64,000 bases of DNA. Source: a plasmid. A program made the position numbers and the translations under genes. The notes under the pieces were generated by a model. That model was not told the DNA's origin. It searched no databases and saw only the letters and a list, made by a program, of their open reading frames with translations. Each line of letters opens with the position of its first letter. Positions within the stretch are counted from its first letter, which is position 1. Positions 1-11,299 of this stretch are shown here, in pieces. The stretch lies in the sequence record NZ_CP128202.1; one strand, given 5' to 3'.

Positions 1-1
1 A

Positions 2-982
<981 letters not shown>

Positions 983-1256
983 CCACTACATGTTGTAGCA
1001 TAGTGAACATGCTCACTAGGTTAGAGCTATTTTCAATACGCCCTGTAATCCATTAAATACTAAATTTGATATGCATGTAATTCAGAGATCTCCAAAAGCA
1101 ACCTGCTCGATACGTGGCAGCTTGCGTGCCTCCGGGTTAACTTCACTTCTATTTACACATCTCATAGAATGCCCAACTTATTGCTCAACAAATCTGTAAA
1201 CTTTCTTAAATCACAATTATATGATGCGCTAAGTTTACTAAGATAATCAGTATTTT

Positions 1257-2330
1257 ATGATCATAAAAAACGAAATCAGACAAGTTCTATCATTGATTCT
1301 GCCAGTTTTATTAACGGCATCTATCGTTTCATACCTTGCGACCCTAATGCACCACCTGCCCACAACGCCATTGATGATCGCTTCGATAGGCGCTTCCATT
1401 ACAATTGTATTCGTTGTGCCAAGTAGTCCTATGGGGAGAACTTGGCCTGTTTTGGCAGGCCATCTGCTGCCGGCATTAGTTGGTGTATGTCTTACATCTT
1501 TGATAGACGATGCGACAATACTTTGCTTAACGACGATAACGCTGAGCATTATTACGATGGTTATTTTTAAGTGCGTTCATCCGCCTGGTGTGGCCACAGC
1601 ACTGGTGCCAGCAATAAGCCAAAGTACGCAGCCAGCAATGGGACTCTCATTTCTTCTAGATCCGGTATTATTCAATATTATCCCGCTTATCATTTGTGGC
1701 TATTTTTACCGTTGGTACCTCAACCACAGGGCATCTAAAAAAGAGTCATCAGGCTCAACATCAACACTCGCTCACAATAAAAGCTCTATCTTTTTTAGTG
1801 AGTTACATGAAACCATTGCAGCGAGAAATGAGTGGCTCGATATCGATGAGAGAACGCTAGACGATATTTTCAAACAGACTCATTTACTTGCGCTGGAACA
1901 TCGGCATCAAAAATTGACTTGTGAGCATGTAATGACGAGCCGGTTGATAACATTGAAGCCGAATGACACTATCCATAAAGCATTGGAACTACTTCAGCAG
2001 AATCAATTTACGGCTTTACCTGTGGTTGATGATGAGCATGAGCTTGTGGGGATATTTTCCTTGGTTGACTTTCTAAGAAGTGTTGAGAATAGAAAGTTTG
2101 ACTCATTTATCGCGCTTTACCTGCACGCAAAGAAAAAAGCCAAGAAAGAGGTAAGCCAATTTATGAATGCAGCGCCAGTGTTTATGCGCACGGATACCCA
2201 TATCGCGCGAATGATTCCTCTTCTAACATCAGGGTATCACCATATACCTATTGTCGATAATAGAAACCGACTTAAAGGCATGGTGACTCAATCAGACCTC
2301 ATTGAATTCCTTTACAATATCAAGGCCTAA
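1257..2330 (+). CDS. HPP-family membrane protein with C-terminal CBS pair
   Basis: The N-terminal about 160 aa are polytopic and hydrophobic. The C-terminal half has two CBS-like segments (LPVVDDEHELVGIFSLVDFL; HIPIVDNRNRLKGMVTQSDLIEFL). Confidence 0.65.
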   Translation: MIIKNEIRQVLSLILPVLLTASIVSYLATLMHHLPTTPLMIASIGASITIVFVVPSSPMGRTWPVLAGHLLPALVGVCLTSLIDDATILCLTTITLSIITMVIFKCVHPPGVATALVPAISQSTQPAMGLSFLLDPVLFNIIPLIICGYFYRWYLNHRASKKESSGSTSTLAHNKSSIFFSELHETIAARNEWLDIDERTLDDIFKQTHLLALEHRHQKLTCEHVMTSRLITLKPNDTIHKALELLQQNQFTALPVVDDEHELVGIFSLVDFLRSVENRKFDSFIALYLHAKKKAKKEVSQFMNAAPVFMRTDTHIARMIPLLTSGYHHIPIVDNRNRLKGMVTQSDLIEFLYNIKA

Positions 2331-2399
2331 CGATGCGTTTTTATAGTGTACAAGCCACTTAAAACCTATTCTTGACGCTGTGAAAGGGCGTTCGATGTT

Positions 2400-3077
2400 T
2401 CAAGTTATCCTGTCATCGAAGGGGACATCCAGCCCTAAACTCTCTTTTGCCCAAATGACGGCCTGAACCCTATTCTTTGCGTTGATTTTTTTGAATAGAT
2501 TATGCAGATGGGATTTTACGGTATTCAGACTTACGCCAAAATGCTCAGCGATTTCAGGGTTCGTTTGTCCTTTCACTAATAATTTAACGACCTCATGCTC
2601 ACGTTTGGTCAGCACGGCGCCTAGCATTCGGCTGGAGAGCACAGGGATATTGCTGCGAAAATGTAGGATATAGTCCTGAGAGAGTTGCCTGGACAGCCAC
2701 ATTTCACCTTGCATGATTTTATGGGTGCCTTGCAAAATCTTGTCAATATAGTCATCTGCATAAAACACCCCATACAAATTGGGCCACTTGAATAAGTACG
2801 CCACGCTGATGTCTCTCGGGCAGTTAATCAGTATTTCTTTGGCGTGTAAGCCTATCTGATATTTGATGTTGTAGTAGTTGTTCTCGAACTCATCCGTAAT
2901 GTGGGCAAAATCAATAAAAATGTATTTTGCGCAGGTACTTTTCTCGATGCTCAACTGGCTGAAACGTTGTAATTCAACCGACAGAGGAAGGCTTCGCCCC
3001 AGAGTTTCTTTGAGCATGGTCGACGTAAGGCTTTCTTCTGAAAAAAGCAGGGCGTTCTGGATGCCTGGATAGTTCAT
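2400..3077 (-). CDS. CsgD/VpsT-family LuxR-type regulator with a W[LF][ST]R c-di-GMP-binding-type motif
   Basis: The C-terminal HTH (TKREHEVVKLLVKGQTNPEIAEHFGVSLNTVKSHLHNLFKKINAKNRVQAVIWA) is close to the CsgD C-terminus. LYGVFY and WLSR motifs lie in the receiver-like domain. Confidence 0.8.
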   Translation of the reverse strand: MNYPGIQNALLFSEESLTSTMLKETLGRSLPLSVELQRFSQLSIEKSTCAKYIFIDFAHITDEFENNYYNIKYQIGLHAKEILINCPRDISVAYLFKWPNLYGVFYADDYIDKILQGTHKIMQGEMWLSRQLSQDYILHFRSNIPVLSSRMLGAVLTKREHEVVKLLVKGQTNPEIAEHFGVSLNTVKSHLHNLFKKINAKNRVQAVIWAKESLGLDVPFDDRIT

Positions 3078-3238
3078 GGGTACCTTTCGATATAGGCAAT
3101 AAGTTGTCTATTACTCTACCGCGATGATTTTGTGTCTCAAGAGGGATGTGGCGAATTGTGATAACCGTCAACGTAGCAATAAAACACTCACCCATGGAAA
3201 GAGGGGGCGTCCGTGTTGTCATCGCCTGGTTATGGCAT

Positions 3239-3466
3239 TCACAGCTTTAATCGCACGTTAAGCTCTCCTGACACTCCCTTTGAATTAGGACAGTACTGCG
3301 TTAACGATATCTCCATGGCTTTAAGAAGAGCAATGTAGATGTCTTCCGGTTGCTCGTAACTGATAGCGTTGCTGTCGATGGAGAGTATGGTTTCACCCCT
3401 CAGAGAGAAATGGTACTGAAGACCATCGAGGCTGAAGGTCGGGGCCAACTGATTATTTGTTTTCAT
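3239..3466 (-). CDS. hypothetical protein (75 aa)
   Basis: Open ORF only. Confidence 0.25.
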   Translation of the reverse strand: MKTNNQLAPTFSLDGLQYHFSLRGETILSIDSNAISYEQPEDIYIALLKAMEISLTQYCPNSKGVSGELNVRLKL

Positions 3467-3664
3467 CGCGAATCTTCACATAGTTGCTGTATACCTTAAC
3501 TTTAGTATTAGAAATGACAATACGCCACATTATGCTTATCAGCTTCAGACCAAAGAGTGAGAGCAGCCGTCACGTCACGCGGTCTGAAAGCCAGCGGCAT
3601 GGTGCATTGTTATTGCGAGTAAAAGGGGGTTAAATGAGGGCTTCTTTGGCTCTTACGAACACGT

Positions 3665-4246
3665 ATGAAACACGATAGCGATTACTACTCACAACTGGCA
3701 GCGTTAGTGTGCCATGCATTGCTTCATCTTTTTATGGAAGTCTCCGCGACACCTCGGCTTGTGCCTGTCTCAAAGCGAAACGACATATTGGTTCGCTATC
3801 TCAAGCACAAGTTGAACGCGCGCCACGGTCATCAGTTCAAAAAGGACATCAAAGCCATGATTCAGTTAGGGCGCAGCCTTAACGGCAATTTAGAAGCCAA
3901 GCTTTTAAGCCTACATGACAGCATGACCATGGCGAATACGACCGATATGGCTAAGTTGCATGCTTTATTGCTGTATCTGAATGAGAGGCTGGGAGTAGAG
4001 TCCGAAGTCTTTCTTGAAGGACAAGAACCGAGTCCGGACATCCTCTATATGCTGGAAGAGCAAATCCAACACGGCTTCAACGACCACAAGCAGCAAGTGG
4101 CACCGCTGTCGATGTTGCTTCAATCGGACCAAGCGCACCGACTTGAGTCTGTGGTGAATGAGCATGGTGGCTTTATTGCAGAAACCAAGGAATGGAACGC
4201 GGACACTCAGCAGCTCCACCTGCTGCTGCATCCTTTGAGAGGTTGA
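3665..4246 (+). CDS. hypothetical protein (193 aa)
   Basis: ORF with plausible coding composition. No family recognised. Confidence 0.4.
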   Translation: MKHDSDYYSQLAALVCHALLHLFMEVSATPRLVPVSKRNDILVRYLKHKLNARHGHQFKKDIKAMIQLGRSLNGNLEAKLLSLHDSMTMANTTDMAKLHALLLYLNERLGVESEVFLEGQEPSPDILYMLEEQIQHGFNDHKQQVAPLSMLLQSDQAHRLESVVNEHGGFIAETKEWNADTQQLHLLLHPLRG

Positions 4247-4273
4247 TGCTAAAGGCGCAAAAACGTATTCAGG

Positions 4274-4537
4274 CTAAATCGCATAGTCTGGTGAGATGTC
4301 TTCAATTTTCACCAAATGAACATCGACTTCGGAGAGCCGAGCAAAGGTGGGCTCATCTGAGGGTTGTTCGACAATATGGACGATATTGGCCACCCGATAA
4401 CACCCAGCGCTGGGTGCCTTGAAGAACACCGTTTCATCCAGTTTCGGCAATAGCGGAGTGGTATTGTCGACAGACGTAATTCGATTTCGGATAGATAGCG
4501 TGCCATCGGGCGCGACTTCATAAAAGTTAACAATCAT
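4274..4537 (-). CDS. hypothetical protein (87 aa)
   Basis: ORF only. Confidence 0.3.
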   Translation of the reverse strand: MIVNFYEVAPDGTLSIRNRITSVDNTTPLLPKLDETVFFKAPSAGCYRVANIVHIVEQPSDEPTFARLSEVDVHLVKIEDISPDYAI

Positions 4538-4711
4538 GCGCTTCTCTGGGGTTGTTCAGTGAATGTCCTGTACTAAAACAACGTGGCAGAATAATCAATG
4601 CCATGATTGCAAAACTGACAAGTAGGACCTCTCGAACTACCCTTAAGTGGGTATCCTGCCTCTATTGCCCACCTCAGTATTACGGCCAACGTTGCGGCGG
4701 ATTTTTAAAAA

Positions 4712-4987
4712 GTGCTCATGCAATGTGAGAGATTTGAGATGAAAGAAAGAGTCTACCATGAGGCGCTGCTGGTTATTCAGGCACTGGTTGTGCCTGACAC
4801 TCGGTATCCCGCGGCTTTTTGCACGAGAGACTTTATCCAGCAATGCCAGCTTTGTGGGATGTCTGGGAGCGTTAGCCTGTCCGACGCGAATCGGTTGTTG
4901 CGCGAACTGGCTCAAAGGAACGATGCGGTGTGGCAAGGCTGCCAATTTGACCCTGACTGCAACTTAAGTTGGAACTATCGCCGCTGA
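4712..4987 (+). CDS. hypothetical protein (91 aa)
   Basis: ORF only. Confidence 0.3.
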   Translation: MLMQCERFEMKERVYHEALLVIQALVVPDTRYPAAFCTRDFIQQCQLCGMSGSVSLSDANRLLRELAQRNDAVWQGCQFDPDCNLSWNYRR

Positions 4988-5302
4988 ACTAATTGACGAA
5001 TCCATGTTCCGCGCGGTTTGTTTCACCAGAGTCATTAGGACATGGGTCACATTTCTGCATCTCCGTTCATCGTGTCATGCACGTTTGCCTATACTGAGTG
5101 AATAGAGGCCCTACCCAACCTCTATAATGTAAGTATCACGATTGATAAACCCTCAAAGCAGCCGCCGTTTGGCGGCTCTTTTTTCAATGACTAAGCGCAC
5201 AGTTCTCTCGCCATTCTTCCAAAATTGATTTACGAACAGAACGTCGTTCGTTTACAGTCAAGCATAACCACTCACGACCGACATGGATGTAAGAGGTGAA
5301 CC

Positions 5303-5515
5303 ATGATGCACAGCCATGCTGACAGTTGGGACCGATACCATGCTGCCTGCGAACGCCTGGCACTGCTCGAAGCCAGCTATACCCATACGCAGCACCGTTA
5401 TCTTCAAGGTCAGGTTTCTCAGGAAGTGTACGAACTGGCGTGGAGTCTGAAACTCTCGGCAGAGCGACAAGTCCGAATTTTACGTCACCAGCTCGCGATG
5501 GAAGTTTGCGGCTGA
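5303..5515 (+). CDS. hypothetical small protein (70 aa) directly upstream of the EAL-CBS gene
   Basis: The ORF ends 22 nt before the start of the next gene. Confidence 0.3.
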   Translation: MMHSHADSWDRYHAACERLALLEASYTHTQHRYLQGQVSQEVYELAWSLKLSAERQVRILRHQLAMEVCG

Positions 5516-5537
5516 GAGCAGAACGAAGGAGTCACTG

Positions 5538-7283
5538 ATGGCCCCCGTATCAACGTCAACTCAATCCGAATCGTCACGCACCATGGACCAGGCTGCTTTT
5601 ATCTCGGCGGCGGAGTCCAAAATGCACACCGCACGGTATCAGAACATCTCGCTGGTGCTTGCCATTAAGCCCGCCAGTCTGGATCCCAGAGCGTTTGACG
5701 TTTTCCACAAAGTCATGCAAACCGTGAAAAGTGCTCAGGTGGTCGGGAATCTGAATCAGAATTTCCTGTTGGTCTACGTGTGCGAACCGATATGCATTAG
5801 CCAAAACCAGGCCCGCGCGATTCATTTCAGCATTCGTCATTTCTTTTCTGAAGTGAAGCAGGCCGATGAGCGCATGTATCGGTTTTTAATTTCCGGGAAA
5901 GTTGGTGTGTCGGTGTTGGGGAAGGACACCCATTCCATGAAGACGGCAGTCGTGCATGCTTCTCAGGCGACATTGGCTCAGCAAGCCGGACATAAAAGCC
6001 GTATACAGTTCTACGATACCGATTTGCAACTGACGATTAAGCGCTACGTGCTGTTAGAGGACCTTGTACGAGATGCCATCGAGAAAGGCGCGATAGGCGT
6101 TCAGTACCAACCTATTATACGGTGTCAGGACTGGGTGGTGGCTGGCTATGAGGCGCTGTGCCGTTTTAACCTGGACGCGGCGCTTAACGCGACAACCACG
6201 GAGTTGATTGGGCTCGCTGAAGATTTAAATCTCATCTCAGAGCTGGATTTACTGACTTACCAGAACGCGTTTTCCCAGTGTGCGCCGTGGCTGAAAAAGT
6301 CCGGTCGTTTCCTGAATCTCAACCTTTCGCCGAATACCCAACAGAGTTTGTCCGAAGTCCTGGAATGCATGGTGCTGCTTGCGAAGCAGGAGCAAGTCGA
6401 GCCACGGCACATTGTCATCGACATGAATGAAGTCAAAAGCCCAGCGGCAACGCTCGATGTCTCAACGTTACTCCCGGAGTTTCGTCAGCGGGGCGTACAG
6501 TTTGCGCTGGACGACTTGTCCGAGGGATTCCGACTGGCTGACCTACTGAGCCAAGGACAATTTCAGTACCTCAGAGTCAGCCGCGAGCTGATTGAACGCA
6601 GCCATGAGCGGGGGGAATACTACCAGGTCATTAAGCTGTTGGTCAGACTATGCCACCGCCTGGACGTTGAGGTGATTGCTGAAGGTATCGAAACGCCGGA
6701 CGAAGCCCGTTTGCTGTCTTACCTGGGGGTGGACTATATGCAAGGGTACCTGTTTGCTAAGCCGGTTGATTATGGCGACCTACAGGAGGCGGAGAAACAG
6801 CTCGAGACGATACTTCGACAGCTGCATGCCGATGGCCTGACGGATAGCTCGGATGCGGATGAAGAAGCCATCACCTTACTCAATATTGCCAGCAAAAGCC
6901 TGCCTCGTTTAGACCCCGGTGAGCCGCTCATCCTGGCTAACGAATACTTAAAACCCGACGCCATTAATGTGATCCCCGTTATCAACAAAGGGGAATGTGT
7001 CGGATTGGTGGACAAAGCTCAGCTCAATCTTCATCTGACTCCGGCCATGGGAACTGAACATGAAACCATGAAAGAAGCAGGCATCTGGAATAAGCCTGTT
7101 GCCAGTATGATGAATACGCAACTGACCATCATGGACGCACAGGCGCTGCTCACGGATGTGCTCCCGTTACTCAAAGAGAGCGCGCTTTCTCTGCCCATCG
7201 TTTTGGTCTCCGATAATCGCTATAAAGGCTTGGTGACGGAAACGGACATTACACACTATCTCTTAAAGCGGCTAAAATTGTAG
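5538..7283 (+). CDS. EAL-domain protein (c-di-GMP phosphodiesterase-like) with C-terminal CBS pair
   Basis: EAL signatures are present: YEALCRF, DDLSEGF, AEGIETPDEARLL..QGYLFAKP. The last about 150 aa are CBS-like. The N-terminal about 150 aa may be a degenerate GGDEF domain. Confidence 0.8.
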   Translation: MAPVSTSTQSESSRTMDQAAFISAAESKMHTARYQNISLVLAIKPASLDPRAFDVFHKVMQTVKSAQVVGNLNQNFLLVYVCEPICISQNQARAIHFSIRHFFSEVKQADERMYRFLISGKVGVSVLGKDTHSMKTAVVHASQATLAQQAGHKSRIQFYDTDLQLTIKRYVLLEDLVRDAIEKGAIGVQYQPIIRCQDWVVAGYEALCRFNLDAALNATTTELIGLAEDLNLISELDLLTYQNAFSQCAPWLKKSGRFLNLNLSPNTQQSLSEVLECMVLLAKQEQVEPRHIVIDMNEVKSPAATLDVSTLLPEFRQRGVQFALDDLSEGFRLADLLSQGQFQYLRVSRELIERSHERGEYYQVIKLLVRLCHRLDVEVIAEGIETPDEARLLSYLGVDYMQGYLFAKPVDYGDLQEAEKQLETILRQLHADGLTDSSDADEEAITLLNIASKSLPRLDPGEPLILANEYLKPDAINVIPVINKGECVGLVDKAQLNLHLTPAMGTEHETMKEAGIWNKPVASMMNTQLTIMDAQALLTDVLPLLKESALSLPIVLVSDNRYKGLVTETDITHYLLKRLKL

Positions 7284-7673
7284 CGTTGTCTTTCGTTTGC
7301 GTTGGGCTGGAAGTCAGGGATGAATCGATATTACGTAAATAAATGTGTGAATTCGCAAGGGCACCATGAGGTTCACCGATTGGGCTGTGCTCTGCAGGCT
7401 GAAATAGAAAGCCGAATCTATTTGGGCGTATTCCCATCAGGGACGATGGCCTTGGTGTTTGCGCGTCGATTGTATGGTGATTCGCAGTACTGCGTGCTTT
7501 GCAGAAACACCGATAGCAGTGAACTCGTTACATAGCCGCTCTCCTAAATGAGAACTCCACCTGAGGAGTGTTGAAAATAACGTTGAGCAAATGACCCTGA
7601 CAGGTCATAGGCAAGTCTTCGGTTCGTTGACTACTCTTTTTCTACCACTCACTATTTAGAATGGAGAAAGAGT

Positions 7674-7964
7674 GTGATGCTCATTTGTGACGATACCAGA
7701 CAGTTCATCATCGCGACAATTGACGATATGCAGACTCGTCTCAGTGACGATAAGCCGGTCTGCGCTCGCTTACAGTTGACGAATGACTGGCTCAAGCTTT
7801 GGATTGACTATCAATACTGGAATATGGTTTTTCATCTCGAGCGACCGGTTGAAGGGATGCTGGCAACGTCAGAGCTGAATATCTTCGCGTTTACGGCTGA
7901 GCATATTGCTGATGCATTAATCAGAGACTTGGAAGAGAAAGTCGATGTGACTGAAGATGAATGA
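7674..7964 (+). CDS. hypothetical acidic protein (96 aa)
   Basis: ORF with an RBS-like gagaaagagtgtg upstream. Confidence 0.4.
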   Translation: MMLICDDTRQFIIATIDDMQTRLSDDKPVCARLQLTNDWLKLWIDYQYWNMVFHLERPVEGMLATSELNIFAFTAEHIADALIRDLEEKVDVTEDE

Positions 7965-8320
7965 TGTCACCATCACCGTGGTACTGCTATGGTTAGCGTG
8001 TTTCCGTTAACGTAATTCTCTGCGCCCGAGTTAACATAAATGCCGAGTGCTACAGAGGCCACATTGCTGGTCTCTAGGGGGCGTCGTTCGTAATGAGTCG
8101 TCCCCGTTACTGCGAACGCGTATCGTCAAACGGGAAAGCCCGTATTCTTTGCTATGTGCAACCAGCGCAGAAACTCAAATGGGTTTCAGTTCATGTAGCA
8201 CAGCACGTGAGTGCCATCATCTTGAACGCAGACTCTGGGCTTTACTGCGATGGACAATGACACTTATGCTGTTGTCATTGTAGCGCATCATTCTATGAAA
8301 TTTTCAGGGAGGAGTTAGGT

Positions 8321-8584
8321 ATGGACAGGAAACAGCGACAAGAGTGGTTGTTACAAAGACGCAACGGTTTTCTTCACTATGTATACACGAAAGGGCTGGC
8401 TTGCGCATTTGCATTCGTGTTTGGGTTGGAGTTTCTAAACAATGACTTTTATCTGGATATCATCTCACCAGGCTCAGTGCATTTATACATGACCACACTC
8501 TTGGTTGCCTTTATTTGCTCTGCGATAAATTGGACGTGCAATGAATGCAGTTTAAAGCGCTCAAAAGTAAATCCTCCAACCTAA
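8321..8584 (+). CDS. hypothetical small membrane protein
   Basis: ORF with two hydrophobic segments. Confidence 0.3.
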   Translation: MDRKQRQEWLLQRRNGFLHYVYTKGLACAFAFVFGLEFLNNDFYLDIISPGSVHLYMTTLLVAFICSAINWTCNECSLKRSKVNPPT

Positions 8585-8724
8585 AATCGCTAAAATGGAG
8601 GACAATGGATCTTCTCAACGATACACATGTCTAGATGCGTTCCCGGTCGCAACTCATGAAGCATTGTAACACTACCTCAGAAATCGAAATTAGTAACAAG
8701 GCGCCCAATCGAGCGCCCTTGAGT

Positions 8725-10143
8725 TCAGCGAGTTGTTCTGCATCTGCCTTGGTAAGGTAGATTGCATCGATACTGATGCAAATTCTTAGTGATGACCGAA
8801 GGTACCTGGTAGAGATTAGCGACGTCTTCATCGTAGTTTTCCAAACCAAGGTCACAGGCGTGAACCACACCATCTTTAAAATCCCACTTTCTCAGTGCAT
8901 TTGGGTAATCACAACCGACCAACTCCATAGCTTTCGGGAGAGTGGTCGCAACTAATGTTTTTTGGATGGGGCCGTGGCAGAACCAAATGTCCTTCTGACC
9001 ACTCTTCGGCTCTTTGAGCGTCCAGCAGTAGGCAATCGCCTCTTTGAAGTCTTTAGTTCGTGCTGTACTTATAGGTTTAGCATTCCCACCGGTTTGTTGA
9101 GTTGGGTTAGCCTGAACGGTTGTCCCGTTGGTTGACGGTTGACTTGAAGCAGCAGACGCGACAGATGGTGCCGTCGTTGTTTTATTTCCGGCTTGGGTAG
9201 CACTTTTCATCGTAGCCAGAGCCTGCTCTCTCTTTTCCATGCGATCCATGTAAGTCGGTTGGATTTGCGCGTACTGCTTACTCAGGTTCGGTCGGGGAAT
9301 GTAGTTGTTAGTATTCGATTGGCTGTATGTAGGCAGTGTTTTAACGCTAGTATCGAAGTTTGCCAACCCTTGGCGGATACCTGCGCTGACCGCTTCACTA
9401 TCTCGTTTCTTCTGTTCTGCAACCATCTGGTTGTAGGCTTTAGATGCTTCGGAACTCTTATCTCCTTTGGCTGCCAGGTAAGCAAGTGAGGTATTAACAC
9501 GCTTAATGGACGCGGCTGTTCGGGATAAATCCGCTTCCTGAAACTGTTCTGGTGTCTTGTGCAGTGAGTCCATAAAGCCCTCACACTTTCTCATCGAAAG
9601 GTAGGATGATGACTTGAGGCATGGGTGACTCGATTCAAACCCAATGACAAAGGTAATCTGCTCTTCAACGATTGCGGTTTCCACTTCGTTGGGAAGGTTT
9701 TTCCACGTTCTGTCGATCGTCAATATCGTTGAGCCATCACCAAGGACATACCGCCAAGAGCGAGTTTGAGTGCTGTCCCAACCTCTTCTAAAGTAGTAAC
9801 TCACCACGTGTCCACCCGCGACGATAGGGTAGTGCTCCTTAAGAACTTGATCGAACGTATCGATACCACGTGTCATTGCTTCAAACCAATCTCCTGAACG
9901 TCCCCAGAAATCCCATTGTGTGTTGAACGTAAAGCGGCATGAATTACCTTTCCACGCTTTGGTGGAATCTAGGCAGTACTGTTCCATACGGTTGATAACG
10001 TATTGAGAGGATTTGGTCATCTCTTCAGGCGTCTCCGTGGGTTCATCACTGTGCCCCCAAATTGCCTGGTGCATCCCATAAGTGCAGCCCGTTAACATTG
10101 CAGTGAGCAATAGTAACGTTGGAAATAGAACCTTATTGGTCAT
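8725..10143 (-). CDS. lipoprotein of unknown function (472 aa)
   Basis: Signal peptide with lipobox LLLLTAMLTGC. No recognisable catalytic motif. Confidence 0.6.
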   Translation of the reverse strand: MTNKVLFPTLLLLTAMLTGCTYGMHQAIWGHSDEPTETPEEMTKSSQYVINRMEQYCLDSTKAWKGNSCRFTFNTQWDFWGRSGDWFEAMTRGIDTFDQVLKEHYPIVAGGHVVSYYFRRGWDSTQTRSWRYVLGDGSTILTIDRTWKNLPNEVETAIVEEQITFVIGFESSHPCLKSSSYLSMRKCEGFMDSLHKTPEQFQEADLSRTAASIKRVNTSLAYLAAKGDKSSEASKAYNQMVAEQKKRDSEAVSAGIRQGLANFDTSVKTLPTYSQSNTNNYIPRPNLSKQYAQIQPTYMDRMEKREQALATMKSATQAGNKTTTAPSVASAASSQPSTNGTTVQANPTQQTGGNAKPISTARTKDFKEAIAYCWTLKEPKSGQKDIWFCHGPIQKTLVATTLPKAMELVGCDYPNALRKWDFKDGVVHACDLGLENYDEDVANLYQVPSVITKNLHQYRCNLPYQGRCRTTR

Positions 10144-10544
10144 CTTGTGAGCTCATCATGTCATTGTTGTTATTGATAGAAAGTATAAATCAGGTAAATC
10201 AATAAAAAATTATGCATTGGTTTGAATCGGATATGATTTCTGTAGGCCACAGCCAAACCAGAGACTCCTGAAGGTGGTGAATTTGAAAAGTTAGCTGCAT
10301 TAGTTGAAGAGTATGAGGAAAAACACTTCCCATTTAATAACTGTAATCCACTTTTGCCCCTTTATGTTTTAACGTACATTCTCAGCGATGAATGACACCA
10401 CCAAATTTTCGATACTTTTTCTCATGACAATCAACATAGGTCATTGACTGTTTAGTATGAAACTTTATTCCTCTCCTACAGTACGGTATCGTAACAAGTC
10501 TAAAGGCTGCATTCGTCATATCGCCATTTCTTAAAGTCTTTGGA

Positions 10545-11066
10545 GAGGGAGAGTGGAAAGTCAAAAAACACGGAAACGAAAAGCGCAGAACATGGCGTAA
10601 ACGGCATCTTGCTGTAGATGTAGATACGCATGAAGTCATCAGTGCTGAAGTGAGCTTGGTTAATGTCGGTGATAGTGAAGTGCTTCCGACGCTGCTTAAT
10701 CCATTACGAAGAAAAATAGGTTCAGTCTCTGGCGATGGTGCATACGATACGAAGGGTTGCCATAACGTGTTACAAAGAAAAGGCATTACTCCGTTAATAC
10801 CGCCACGTAAAAATGCTAGCTTCTGGGATGATGGACACCCAAGAAACGAAGCAGTAAAAGCGTTAAAAAGTGATACGTTGGCTCAATGGAAAATTAACTC
10901 TGGTTATCACGACCGTTCTCTATCTGAAACGGCAATGTCACGATACAAAGGGCTAACGAGTGGCCAATTGAGCTTAAGGAATTATAATGCTCAAGTAGGT
11001 GAAGCGCTTGCCAATGTCAAAGCCATGAACAAAGTAATAGGACTAGGTATGCCAGTTCAAAACTAA
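10545..11066 (+). pseudogene. 5'-truncated transposase of a divergent IS903-group (IS5 family) element
   Basis: About 50% identical to the C-terminal 180 aa of the 306-aa IS903-like transposases in this window (EWKVKKHG...SGDGAYDT...HDRSLSETAMSRYKGL...SLRNYNAQVGE). It lacks the N-terminal about 125 aa. Confidence 0.6.
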
Positions 11067-11299
11067 TGCTGATAGAACGTAGGCAAGATATGTCCTTCAC
11101 CTGATTTGTTCAACAACGCCATGCGACATTACCAAAAGTTGCAGGCTCACTCGTATCCAGAATTACGGATAATTTTCAGATATTGAAACCTGCATCTTCA
11201 AGTTGAATAGGTATAGCCATTGAGAATTGGTCAAAATCACTATTTAATGGGAATAAATTCATATAAACTGATTACTTATTCATATCAAGGAAGAGGACT

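Noticed and set aside
2400-3077. I considered assigning the gene symbol vpsT.
   Set aside because: The family and the WLSR motif are clear. Orthology to V. cholerae VpsT cannot be established without alignment or synteny, so the symbol was left blank.
9193-9584. Antisense ORFs inside the lipoprotein gene. Similar antisense ORFs (for example 13589..13828, 49154..49393, 61649..61888) lie inside IS903 transposase genes.
   Set aside because: They are shadows of the real coding strand. They are identical across the IS copies simply because the IS copies are identical.
10244-10380. A short frame reads ...GGEFEKLAALVEEYEEKHFPF..., reminiscent of a HigA-type antitoxin segment.
   Set aside because: It is too short, has no start or HTH, and sits in a region of IS debris. 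It is at most a remnant.
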